Shown in pieces: positions 39,845-49,206 of a DNA stretch of 64,000 nucleotides. This stretch comes from Halarcobacter sp. (GTDB taxonomy: Bacteria; Campylobacterota; Campylobacteria; Campylobacterales; Arcobacteraceae). The stretch's first letter is position 1, and each line of letters opens with the position of its first letter. The notes under the pieces are model-generated. The model had not been told where the DNA came from. It did not search any database and worked only from the letters and a program-made list of their open reading frames with translations. The position numbers and the translations under genes were made by a program. The DNA lies in contig CP182352.1 of the NCBI GenBank assembly GCA_048571215.1, forward strand, positions 64,001 through 128,000. The letters are read 5' to 3'.

Positions 39845-41373
39845 TATAATACTCCATCAAAAAATTTAAGTAGTACTTTTGAAATTTCCTCTTCAATTTC
39901 AAAATAATCAGAATCAATATATAACTCTAGTAAAGTAAATAGTTTCTTTGGATTATATGTTATTAATTCAATTTTATCAGTAATTTTATTATCATTGCCA
40001 AAATTATCTGTTAGAGAAAAGTCTATTTCTTTTGGTATCAGTAAAGTTACATCTTTACCATTTTGAATCGATTTTTTACAATTATTAATTTGATTCTCGA
40101 ATGATGTGTTTTCAAAGAATAAATATATATCTTTGTCTTTAGAAATTAATCTTCTATTTTGTTTATTTACTTCTATGTTTTCATAAGTAGATGTTATATA
40201 AGCTGTTAATGGTGCAAAAATATTTGCATACATATTTTTAAATAAATCATCAAATTCTAATTGAGATTCTTTCTCTTCAACATATTCCTCTATTTCAAAA
40301 TTAGTTATAATTTTTTCTATAGATTCATAATCTTCATTATTTTGTAAGATTTCCATAATTTCTTGTACTAAAGCTCTATTAGTTTCTTCTATTAAGCCTG
40401 CTTGACGAGCACTCTTAACTCTACTAGTGACTTTTTCAGCTGTTGTATTTATTGGTATTTCATTATTTTCAAGTAATGAAATGATTTTTCTTACTAATTC
40501 TTCTATGTTACTTTCATTTATTGGTTTTATTTCTATCCTATCTTTATCTATCCTAGATCTAAATGCTGGATTTTCATTTAAAATATTATCTGCTTGTTTA
40601 TCTCCTGCCGTCATGGCAGTCAATAATAAATGTCCATCTATTTTATTTGAAATATCAATTAACTCTCTGTAAGAAGTTAAAAAGTTTCTTAGTCTAGTTT
40701 TTGATTTATCATATATTTTTTCAATTTCATCAATAGCAAAAATAAACAATTCTTGGTTCTCGTATAATAAATTTAAAAATAATGCAAGTATTTGTGTCAA
40801 TGCATGATTTGTAAAAGGTTTTAAATTATAGTTATTGAAATAAGATTTATAATATAATCTTCCTGTCCCCATTTGAACTAATTCATTAAGTTTTTGTTTA
40901 CTATTTTTATATTTAAAGATTTGTTTAATATATTTTGGAATATCTTCAAATTGTTCATATAATATATCAGTTTCAGTTTCATCAAAATTTTCAATTGCTT
41001 CTATTATTTTTTCATAATGTCTATCATCTAATACATTTAAGAGCATTGATGAAATATTTGGTAAATCTATATCTGCTGTTATATATTCAAAATTGATATT
41101 AAAATTATTGGCATTAGAATGGGTTTTAAAATACAATTTCAAGTATTTAAAAAGATTAGTTTTTCCATTTCCGTAATTACTAGTTAAAATTAATCTATCA
41201 AAATTTTGTTCATCAAGTCTTTCTAACCTTTTTTCTACTTCATTTTTTACATTATGTTGACCTACTATAAAATAAGGAAGCTCTGGAACTAATCCTGCAT
41301 TATATGCTTTGACAATTCTTTTCGAATTTAATTTACTAATTGGTAAATCTTTCCATAAGTTATTTAATTTCAC
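39844..41373 (-). CDS. P-loop ATPase resembling the DUF2791/BrxD family
   Basis: N-terminal AGLVP...IVG, Walker A SNYGNGKT, Walker B IFAIDEIE, PAFRSRI; GTG start overlaps the upstream stop (GTGA). Confidence 0.75.
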   Translation of the reverse strand: MKLNNLWKDLPISKLNSKRIVKAYNAGLVPELPYFIVGQHNVKNEVEKRLERLDEQNFDRLILTSNYGNGKTNLFKYLKLYFKTHSNANNFNINFEYITADIDLPNISSMLLNVLDDRHYEKIIEAIENFDETETDILYEQFEDIPKYIKQIFKYKNSKQKLNELVQMGTGRLYYKSYFNNYNLKPFTNHALTQILALFLNLLYENQELFIFAIDEIEKIYDKSKTRLRNFLTSYRELIDISNKIDGHLLLTAMTAGDKQADNILNENPAFRSRIDKDRIEIKPINESNIEELVRKIISLLENNEIPINTTAEKVTSRVKSARQAGLIEETNRALVQEIMEILQNNEDYESIEKIITNFEIEEYVEEKESQLEFDDLFKNMYANIFAPLTAYITSTYENIEVNKQNRRLISKDKDIYLFFENTSFENQINNCKKSIQNGKDVTLLIPKEIDFSLTDNFGNDNKITDKIELITYNPKKLFTLLELYIDSDYFEIEEEISKVLLKFFDGVL

Positions 41374-42485
41374 TTTAAATCCTCTAATATTTTGATATTT
41401 AATATAGGCTTTCTTCTAATATAAAATCTTTTTCTTGAATCTGCTCCACCTATTACATTATTTAATTTTACTTTTTTCCAGTTTTCTCTATCTTCTATAA
41501 GATAATTTAAAAATTCTTGCATTTTATTGTAAGAAAATTTTGCTTCTTTTGCAATATCGTATAAATTAATAAATGCATAGTTTTTTCTATCTTGTTGTTT
41601 AACTAGATTCTTATATATTTTATTTATAATTTGTAAATTTTCTTTATATTTCTCTTTTGGCTTAGCGTTTAGTTTTATAAATTGTTTAGCTTGATTTTCT
41701 ATTTGTTCATAATAATTTTTAACTTCTTCTATATTGAATATTTTTAATTTAAAAGAAGGCTTTATATTTCCATTTAGTCCTATACAATCTATATCTACTA
41801 GCCATTGATTTCTAACAACAATATAATTATTCCAGCTAACAGATGTATACACAAATTTTTTATGAGATAAAGCATCTGATATAAATTTTATAGAATCTTC
41901 AAATTTTGCTTTTTCTCCATGACCACTTATGATTTTAGGATGTTTTATTAATATAATATGCCAAAATATCAATGGAAGAATAAATAATATATCTTCTTCA
42001 ATAATTCTATCAAAGAAAAATTGTTTTTGTTTCAAGGTAAGTTTTGTAAAATCATTTTGAGAAGGATATGAAACTAATTTTAATCCCAATTCTGTTAGTT
42101 TATATTCCTTATCTATAAGACCAAATATTTCTGCGAGCCTTATGTAGTATCCTATGGTTTTAAATAAAGAAAAAACTTTTGTTTCTAATGCATTTTTATC
42201 TTTTTTTGCTAAATTAAATTTTTGTAGGTATTGGATTTGTTCTTTATATTTCTTTAGTTTAAAAAAATCATAAAGCTTTTCTATAGATTCATAACTAGTT
42301 ATGCCATATGTATCAGAAGTTAAATTATTTATATAAGAAGTATTCAATTCTTTTAATATATATATAAAAAATTCCTCTCTAACAGTCTTTTTATTAAATT
42401 TTTTATTTTTTATAAATTTACATACATGAACACAAGATTTTAATCTTGTGTTTGCTGGTCTATGAAGACTCTCAATAAAGTTCAT
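41370..42485 (-). CDS. Uncharacterised basic protein with probable winged-helix repeats
   Basis: YYIRLAEIFGLID..YKLTELG, VRNQWLVDIDCI and INLYDIAKEAKFSYNKMQEFLNYL segments. Confidence 0.6.
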   Translation of the reverse strand: MNFIESLHRPANTRLKSCVHVCKFIKNKKFNKKTVREEFFIYILKELNTSYINNLTSDTYGITSYESIEKLYDFFKLKKYKEQIQYLQKFNLAKKDKNALETKVFSLFKTIGYYIRLAEIFGLIDKEYKLTELGLKLVSYPSQNDFTKLTLKQKQFFFDRIIEEDILFILPLIFWHIILIKHPKIISGHGEKAKFEDSIKFISDALSHKKFVYTSVSWNNYIVVRNQWLVDIDCIGLNGNIKPSFKLKIFNIEEVKNYYEQIENQAKQFIKLNAKPKEKYKENLQIINKIYKNLVKQQDRKNYAFINLYDIAKEAKFSYNKMQEFLNYLIEDRENWKKVKLNNVIGGADSRKRFYIRRKPILNIKILEDLK

Positions 42486-42850
42486 AAGATTTAGTATACC
42501 CTTTTAATTAAATAGTAATAATATAATGGCATAAAATATGTTATAAAATAATAAATATTATAGATTTTACAATTTATTGATCTTTTTATTTTTATCAAAA
42601 TATTTAAAACTACATAGTATTTAATATTAAATAATCTTCATATATAAAGATTACTTTAAAAAATAATATCCTTTTTATATAGTAAATTTATTAAATATGA
42701 TAACAATAACAAAATTAAAACACCCACCACAATCTTTAATACAATTTAAATACTTGTATATATTTTTATAGTATTCGCACTTATACAAAAGACTAGATCA
42801 ATAAAAAGAGCGGTTGATTTTTTTATTCTTGTACCTGTATTTTAGTACTA

Positions 42851-42882
42851 AATACAACTCAATAAAGAGATTGAGTTGTATT
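42851..42882 (-). terminator. Hairpin immediately downstream of the small peptide gene
   Basis: AATACAACTCAAT-AAAGAG-ATTGAGTTGTATT, perfect 13-bp stem. Confidence 0.7.
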
Positions 42883-42894
42883 AAATAAATCTAT

Positions 42895-42990
42895 CTAGTT
42901 ATCTTTTACAAAAAAAGTGATAAACCAAGACGCCAAAGTAAAAGCCAATAAACTTCCTACTACGAAAATCATAATTTCTGTCATATACAT
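42895..42990 (-). CDS. Small single-TM peptide (31 aa)
   Basis: MYMTEIMIFVVGSLLAFTLASWFITFFVKDN*; AAGGAAA RBS, upstream TATAAT, downstream hairpin. Confidence 0.65.
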   Translation of the reverse strand: MYMTEIMIFVVGSLLAFTLASWFITFFVKDN

Positions 42991-43076
42991 ATAGTTTCCT
43001 TTTTTATAAATGAATACTCATTCATTTTATTGTTGGAATTATAAGGAAATTTAGATTATGTAAATCTTAAGTGGCT

Positions 43077-43736
43077 TTAAGTTTTAAATATTTTTTTATA
43101 TTGTTCTATTCTAAAATCAAGTGTTGTGTAGTTTGGATTTTGTTTTTTCATTTTTTTATAGTAAGCATTTGCACCTATACTTCTATTTGCTGCATTTGAT
43201 GGTGAACTTAGGCTTATGGTTTTGAAACTTCTATTATCAAACTCAAAGAGGTGTTGTTTTGGTATATTTTCTGAGATTAGTTTCAATCTTATATTTTGTT
43301 CTTTTAAAACTTTTCTAAAAAAATATTCTGGGGAGTTTTTACATAATCCTCCTGTAAAGATTAGGGTATTTATATTTTTGTACTCTTTTAAATATCCTAA
43401 TATATCCCTTAGGATTATCTTACTCATACCTATATCACTTGCATCTACTTTTTCTCTTGAACAAGATTCAACTATATCGCAGATACCTATTTGATTTTTG
43501 ATTAGGAACTCTTTTCGTAAGTTTACTGCTTGCTTACTATTTTCAAAGGGAAGATTCAAATTATAGATTTTATCTAATGCTTTCCAAAGTAGATTGTCTT
43601 TTGAACCATAACAAAAGTCTACATCGTTTGTTTTAAACTCTTTATTACAAAATCTTGGAGGTGGTAAGGTTCCTACTATTATCTTTTTTGTGTCTTTGTT
43701 TAAAAAGGGTTTATATGGATGAAAGTGAAAAAACAA
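43077..43736 (-). CDS. Uracil-DNA glycosylase superfamily protein (G/U mismatch or HDG-like)
   Basis: HP....IIVGTLPP, YGSKDNLLW, IGICDIV, SPSNAAN. Confidence 0.82.
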   Translation of the reverse strand: MFFHFHPYKPFLNKDTKKIIVGTLPPPRFCNKEFKTNDVDFCYGSKDNLLWKALDKIYNLNLPFENSKQAVNLRKEFLIKNQIGICDIVESCSREKVDASDIGMSKIILRDILGYLKEYKNINTLIFTGGLCKNSPEYFFRKVLKEQNIRLKLISENIPKQHLFEFDNRSFKTISLSSPSNAANRSIGANAYYKKMKKQNPNYTTLDFRIEQYKKIFKT

Positions 43737-43869
43737 TTATAAAATCCTTTTTGATTTGATGATAAATAAAATTTGCTTTAAAAATACTTTATATGAGGAT
43801 GCTTTAAACTTTAACATAGTAGTTATAACTTTTTTGATATAATCTCTTCAAATAATAAAAAGGTACTAA

Positions 43870-44670
43870 TTGAAAGTTGGTGTTTTTGATTCTGGACTTG
43901 GCGGATTAACTGTAGTAAAAGCTATCACTCAAACCTTTAAGGGTGCGCAGATTTTCTATATAGCTGATACTCTATTTGCTCCTTATGGGCAAAAGTCAAA
44001 AGAGCAGATTTTAAATCATAGTTTTGATATCGCAAATTATTTAATAAAAAATCATAACATAGATGCCCTAGTGGTTGCTTGCAATACGGCAACTTCTGCT
44101 GCAATAAAAGAGTTAAGAGCCCACTATCCTAAGTTGATAGTTATAGGAACAGAACCTGGAATTAAACCAGCTATTAATATAAGTAAAAATGGCAAGATAG
44201 GTGTTTTGGCAACTCCTGCTACCTTAAAAGGGGAAAAGTATCAACTTTTGGTTGATAAACTTAGCTCTTCAAGTTCAAATATAACCTTGTATGAGAGAGC
44301 TTGTCCAGGTCTTGTGGAACAAATAGAAAAGGGCAAAATAGAAGATGAAAAAACTTTTTCTATGTTAGACTCTTGGCTTAAACCTATGAAAGAGGATGGT
44401 GTAGATACTATAGTTTTAGGTTGTACCCACTATCCTTTAGTACAAAAAGTTATAAAAGATATAATGGGTGAAGAGATAAATTTGATAGAAACAGGTTATG
44501 CCATAGCAAATAGATTATGTGATTTGAGTAAAGATTGTGGACATAACAACAATGGAGATTTATTGGTAAATATTTACTACACTTCAGATATAAATTTAAC
44601 AATGGTAAATCAGATATTAGGTTCATGGAACAATGGCGGAAAAATTAAAGTGAGGAATATAAATGAGTGA
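43870..44670 (+). CDS. murI: Glutamate racemase
   Basis: FDSGLGGLTV, PYG, ACNTAT, LGCTHYP. Confidence 0.97.
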   Translation: MKVGVFDSGLGGLTVVKAITQTFKGAQIFYIADTLFAPYGQKSKEQILNHSFDIANYLIKNHNIDALVVACNTATSAAIKELRAHYPKLIVIGTEPGIKPAINISKNGKIGVLATPATLKGEKYQLLVDKLSSSSSNITLYERACPGLVEQIEKGKIEDEKTFSMLDSWLKPMKEDGVDTIVLGCTHYPLVQKVIKDIMGEEINLIETGYAIANRLCDLSKDCGHNNNGDLLVNIYYTSDINLTMVNQILGSWNNGGKIKVRNINE

Positions 44671-46480
44671 GAATCAAAATATACAAAAAAAAGTATTGGC
44701 TTTAAAATATAGACCAAAAAGATTTGAGGATTTAGTTGGACAAAGCACTATTTCCCAAACACTAAGCCTTGCTCTTGATTCAAATAGACTTTCCCACGCT
44801 TATCTTTTTTCAGGTCTAAGGGGAAGTGGTAAAACAAGTACTGCTAGGATTATGGCAAAGGCACTACTATGTTCAGAAGGTCCCACTTCAAAACCTTGTG
44901 AGGTTTGTGAAAACTGTGTTAGTTCAAATACAAATAGACATCTAGATATTATAGAGATGGATGCTGCTTCAAATAGAGGTATTGATGATATCAAAGATTT
45001 AATTGAACACACAAAGTACAAACCAAGCAGTGCAAGATTTAAAGTGTTTATCATCGATGAGGTTCATATGCTTACTCCCCAAGCATTTAATGCCTTACTT
45101 AAAACTCTAGAAGAACCTCCTGGATTTGTAAAATTTATTTTAGCTACAACAGACCCACTTAAATTGCCAGCTACTATTTTAAGTAGAACACAACATTTTA
45201 GATTCAATAAAATAGCACCTGCTGATGTACTACATCATCTTTCACATATTTTAAATGAAGAGAATATTGATTTTGATACTCCAGCATTGGAGATACTAAC
45301 AAGGAGTGGGCAAGGGAGTTTAAGGGATACTTTAACGCTCCTTGACCAAGCAATTATATTTTCAAAAGGGAAGGTTACTCTTCCTGCTGTTGTGGATATG
45401 TTAGGGCTTATTGAACCTGCACTTATGGATAAACTTTTTGATATAGTGCTTAAAAAAGGGGAAATAACAAATATAGTAAAAGAGCTTGAAAACTATGAGA
45501 TTTCACAAGTTTTTGATGAGATGACTATTTATTTAAAACAAAAGATGTTAGATAAAGATACAAAATTTGATTTACTTTTATATGATAGATTTTTTAGAAT
45601 CTTAGGGGATGCAAAACATCTTTTAGCTCTAAACTCTGATAGTGGATTTGTACTTATTTTAACTTTATCAAAGATGATAGAAGCAACAAATCTTAAAACT
45701 ATACAAGAGATTATAAACCAAGTAGAGCAAGTAGAGGTAAAACCTGTAATAAAAGAGGCAATTGTCCCAGAAAAAGTTGTAGAACATGCTAAAAATGATA
45801 TCAATCACGCTTATGATGATGAGGTGGTAAAACTTGATGAACAATACCATGAAAATAAAAAAAATATAGATACAGAACAAATCAATGAGCTTCAAAATAT
45901 TGAAGATAACTCTATAGCTAGTGTAGAGGTAAATGAAGTTGAGAGTTTAGAAAATTTAGATGAAAACTTAGAAATAAAACAACAAATTCCAAGTGATGAT
46001 TTTGCAACTCCCTTTGATGAAACACCTTTTGATGAACCACAACTTGAAACAAAACCTATAAAAGAAGAGATAAAAGTTCAAGAGGTTCAAGTTGAAAATG
46101 TAGCACCTAAAGAGGAAGAGTCAGCACAAGAAGAAAATAAACAAGAAACACCCAAAGAGCAATTTGATGATATAGTTTACGAACCAATTAGCCAAGTAGA
46201 AATTGAAGATAAACCTATGGATAAGAATACTCTTTTATATGAGGAACTAACCGAAAAGGTTTATGAAAGAGATTATGATTTAGGTGAAATGTTTGAAAAA
46301 AACTTTATATATAAAAGTTTTGAAAACAATAAACTACAAATTATTTCTCATGCCCAAGGGGATGAGAGAAAATTTTTATTTAAATACTTTGGTGTTATAA
46401 AAACTTTTATTTATGATACTTTTGGAAATGATATTGAATTAGACTTCCTAAAGGAAGATTCCTCCACAAGAAGAAACTAA
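44663..46480 (+). CDS. dnaX: DNA polymerase III subunit gamma/tau, 0-frame part
   Basis: LKYRPKRF, GLRGSGKTS, Zn-binding Cys cluster, IIDEVHML, NALLKTLEEPP. Confidence 0.95.
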   Translation: MSENQNIQKKVLALKYRPKRFEDLVGQSTISQTLSLALDSNRLSHAYLFSGLRGSGKTSTARIMAKALLCSEGPTSKPCEVCENCVSSNTNRHLDIIEMDAASNRGIDDIKDLIEHTKYKPSSARFKVFIIDEVHMLTPQAFNALLKTLEEPPGFVKFILATTDPLKLPATILSRTQHFRFNKIAPADVLHHLSHILNEENIDFDTPALEILTRSGQGSLRDTLTLLDQAIIFSKGKVTLPAVVDMLGLIEPALMDKLFDIVLKKGEITNIVKELENYEISQVFDEMTIYLKQKMLDKDTKFDLLLYDRFFRILGDAKHLLALNSDSGFVLILTLSKMIEATNLKTIQEIINQVEQVEVKPVIKEAIVPEKVVEHAKNDINHAYDDEVVKLDEQYHENKKNIDTEQINELQNIEDNSIASVEVNEVESLENLDENLEIKQQIPSDDFATPFDETPFDEPQLETKPIKEEIKVQEVQVENVAPKEEESAQEENKQETPKEQFDDIVYEPISQVEIEDKPMDKNTLLYEELTEKVYERDYDLGEMFEKNFIYKSFENNKLQIISHAQGDERKFLFKYFGVIKTFIYDTFGNDIELDFLKEDSSTRRN

Positions 46481-46715
46481 AGCAGAAATACCAAAACCAA
46501 AAGAGGAAAATCAAGAACAAAATAGTGATGAGGTTGGTTCTATGTTAGAAGATATAGAAGTGGGTTCTGGATGTGTTGCAGATATGCAAAAAACAGAAAA
46601 TCCAACACCATCACAACAAGAGTTACAAATACAAGATATTTTAGACTCACCCATGTTAAACAAAGCAAAAGAGCTGTTTGATGTTAGAAAAATAACAGTC
46701 AGACCAAAGACTTAA
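46452..46715 (+). CDS. Probable DnaX C-terminal segment in the +1 frame (87 open codons)
   Basis: Translated by hand: RKIPPQEETKAEIPKPKEENQEQNSDEVGSMLEDIEVGSGCVADMQ...DILDSPMLNKAKELFDVRKITVRPKT*; overlaps the dnaX 3' end and continues its E/Q/P-rich composition. Confidence 0.7.
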   Translation, partial: RKIPPQEETKAEIPKPKEENQEQNSDEVGSMLEDIEVGSGCVADMQKTENPTPSQQELQIQDILDSPMLNKAKELFDVRKITVRPKT

Positions 46716-46769
46716 TCATATGTTAACTTTTGTTTTATATAATAAATTCAATTTTTAATAAGGATTTCC

Positions 46770-47597
46770 ATGATTAGATTTTTTATACTACTTACAGGTT
46801 TATGTTTTAGTCTGTATGCCTCTACAATTGAAAACAAAATAATCAAATTTGAAAATGATAGATTTTCAAAAAATACAAGAATAGAAGTGCAAACTATCTC
46901 TGTGGTGATGAAAAAAAGTTTACCAGTAAAAGGTTGGTATGGTTTTATAGTTGAGATAGAAGCCTTGATGGCAGGAAAAAATGTAAAAGCAAAAGATATA
47001 GTTTTTAGTGATGGCAAAATAGTATCTTCAGAACTTTTTGATTTAGATACATCAAAATCTTATAAGGATCTAATGAATCCAACACTTAGCTCAAAATATT
47101 ATGATAAGAGTAAGCTTATAGCTGGAACACATAATGCAAAAGATAAAATTGTAGTTTTTTCAGATCCTTTGTGCCCTTTTTGTATAGACTTTTTGCCAGA
47201 TGTTATAAATTATGTAAAGAAACATCCAAAAAAAATAGCTTTATATTATTATAATTTTCCACTAGTAAGACATCATCCAGCAGCCTTACCACTGTCAAAA
47301 CTTAGTATATTGGCAAAAAATAAAGGGATAAAAGATATTGAGCTAAAAGTTTATACCAGAGATTGGGATAAATATTTTACATCAAAAGAGAAAGATGAAG
47401 AAAAAATCATAAAAGCTTTTAATAGTGAGTTTATGACAAACTTTACTAAAAAAGATATAGATAAAAAAAGTATAAATGATGAGATAGTTCATGATATGGA
47501 TATGGGTGAAGATGTTATGGTACAAGGAACGCCAACTGTGTTTATAAATGGCGAAATAGATAAAACAAGAATAAAATATGAGAGTTTAGGAAAATAG
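46770..47597 (+). CDS. Periplasmic thioredoxin-fold Dsb protein
   Basis: Signal peptide; FSDPLCPFC; VQGTPTVFING. Confidence 0.88.
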   Translation: MIRFFILLTGLCFSLYASTIENKIIKFENDRFSKNTRIEVQTISVVMKKSLPVKGWYGFIVEIEALMAGKNVKAKDIVFSDGKIVSSELFDLDTSKSYKDLMNPTLSSKYYDKSKLIAGTHNAKDKIVVFSDPLCPFCIDFLPDVINYVKKHPKKIALYYYNFPLVRHHPAALPLSKLSILAKNKGIKDIELKVYTRDWDKYFTSKEKDEEKIIKAFNSEFMTNFTKKDIDKKSINDEIVHDMDMGEDVMVQGTPTVFINGEIDKTRIKYESLGK

Positions 47598-47600
47598 TAT

Positions 47601-48539
47601 ATGAAAAAATTAATAATAGCAACAAGAAAAAGTAAATTAGCCCTATGGCAAAGTGAATATATAAAAGCGGAACTTTTAAAACATTATCCCCATATGGAAA
47701 TAGAGTTAAAAACATTTTCAACAAAAGCTGATAAGATCTTAGATGTACCTTTAGCAAAAATAGGTGGGAAAGGGCTTTTTACAAAAGAGTTAGAAATAGC
47801 ATTAGAGAATAAAGAAGCTGATATTGCAGTACACTCTTTAAAAGATGTTCCAGTTGAGTTTGAAGAGGGGTTTGTTTTAGCAGCACTTACAAAAAGATTT
47901 GACCCAAGAGATGCTTTTTTGAGTGAAAAATATGCAAGTATAAGTGAACTACCAGATGGTGCAATTGTAGGAACTACAAGTTTAAGAAGAAGAATGGAAC
48001 TAAAACTTTTAAGACCAGATATTGAACTTAAAGATTTAAGAGGAAATATCAATACAAGAATAGCAAAACTTAAAGCTGGGGAATATGATGCAATTATTTT
48101 AGCTGCAACTGGAGTTCAAAAATTGCAAATTGAGGATGAAGTAAAACATTTCTCACCAATCTCAGTAGATAACATGATTCCATCTATGGGACAAGCAACC
48201 TTAGGTATAGAAACTTTAGATAATCCAGAATTAGTTGAGTTGCTATCTGTTTTACACGATAAAGATGCAGAAATTGAATCAACTATAGAAAGAAGTTTTG
48301 TGCACACTTTAGAGGGTGGTTGTCAAGTTCCTATTGGGGTAAAAGCTACAATCTTAGATGAAAACTCAGTGGATGTTAGAGCAATAGTTGGGATGCCAGA
48401 TGGAAGTGAATATATCCAAGAGGATTTAATAGCAGATATTGAAGAGTATAAAACAGTAGGTCAAGTATTAGCACAAACTTTTATAGACCAAGGGGCAAAA
48501 GATTTATTGGCACGTGCAGAAAAGGTAGCATTTCAATAA
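47601..48539 (+). CDS. hemC: Porphobilinogen deaminase
   Basis: ATRKSKLALWQ, GGKGLFTKE, VHSLKDVP, LRGNINTR, EGGCQVPIG. Confidence 0.97.
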   Translation: MKKLIIATRKSKLALWQSEYIKAELLKHYPHMEIELKTFSTKADKILDVPLAKIGGKGLFTKELEIALENKEADIAVHSLKDVPVEFEEGFVLAALTKRFDPRDAFLSEKYASISELPDGAIVGTTSLRRRMELKLLRPDIELKDLRGNINTRIAKLKAGEYDAIILAATGVQKLQIEDEVKHFSPISVDNMIPSMGQATLGIETLDNPELVELLSVLHDKDAEIESTIERSFVHTLEGGCQVPIGVKATILDENSVDVRAIVGMPDGSEYIQEDLIADIEEYKTVGQVLAQTFIDQGAKDLLARAEKVAFQ

Positions 48540-48597
48540 AAATGCTAGACTTATGTTACGAAACTTAAGTATTATAAGCAATATTTTTTAAGGAGTA

Positions 48598-49143
48598 ATG
48601 ATGAGAATTAAAGCTGAAGATTGTGTTTTTGTACAAGTTGATGTTCAAGAAAGACTTTTCCCTCATATAGCAGACAATGAAGAGTTAGAAAAAAATTTAA
48701 TTACTTTAATAAGTGGATTAAAACTTCATGAGATACCAATTATTGTAAATGAGCAATATAAAAAAGGTATAGGTGAGACAATAGCTAGTTTAAGAGAGTT
48801 AACTGATGATTATCCTCACTTTGAGAAAACTACTTTTTCTTGTTGTGGAAATCCTGATGGCTTAAGTGCTATAAAAGCAAGTGGTAAAAAGTTTGTAATC
48901 TTAGCAGGTATTGAGACACATGTTTGTGTGTTACAAACGGCACTTGATTTATTAGAAGAGGGTTTACAACCTGTACTTGTTACTGATTGTGTAAACTCTA
49001 GAAAAGCAAAAGATAAGGATATGGCTATCCAAAGACTTATCCAAGCAGGAGTTATACCAACTACCTACGAATCACTTCTTTTTGAACTAACTGTTAATGC
49101 AAAAAATCCAGTATTTAAAGAGATATCAAAATTAGTAAAATAG
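48598..49143 (+). CDS. Isochorismatase-family hydrolase
   Basis: VDVQERL, EKTTFSC, GIETHVCVLQT. Confidence 0.9.
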   Translation: MMRIKAEDCVFVQVDVQERLFPHIADNEELEKNLITLISGLKLHEIPIIVNEQYKKGIGETIASLRELTDDYPHFEKTTFSCCGNPDGLSAIKASGKKFVILAGIETHVCVLQTALDLLEEGLQPVLVTDCVNSRKAKDKDMAIQRLIQAGVIPTTYESLLFELTVNAKNPVFKEISKLVK

Positions 49144-49206
49144 ATTTTCTATTTTACTAATAAAGTGTTTTTATTTAAATTTTTATTTTTCATAGTATAA
49201 TATTTT

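Noticed and set aside
37033..42485. Calling the operon BREX or a classical type I/II/III R-M system
   Set aside because: No PglZ, PglX, HsdS or DEAD-box helicase motifs; only the ATPase resembles a BREX component.
42486..42850. Long AT-rich gap upstream of the operon as a possible CRISPR array or retron ncRNA
   Set aside because: No repeat-spacer periodicity, and no cas or reverse transcriptase gene nearby. Only short AT palindromes.
36240..43800. Prophage or integrative element interpretation of the island
   Set aside because: No integrase, structural, replication or conjugation genes, and no att-like repeats seen.
45700..46220. Acidic E/Q/P-rich stretch in dnaX with TPFDE twice
   Set aside because: Low-complexity linker typical of DnaX; no intein motifs and no regular repeat array.
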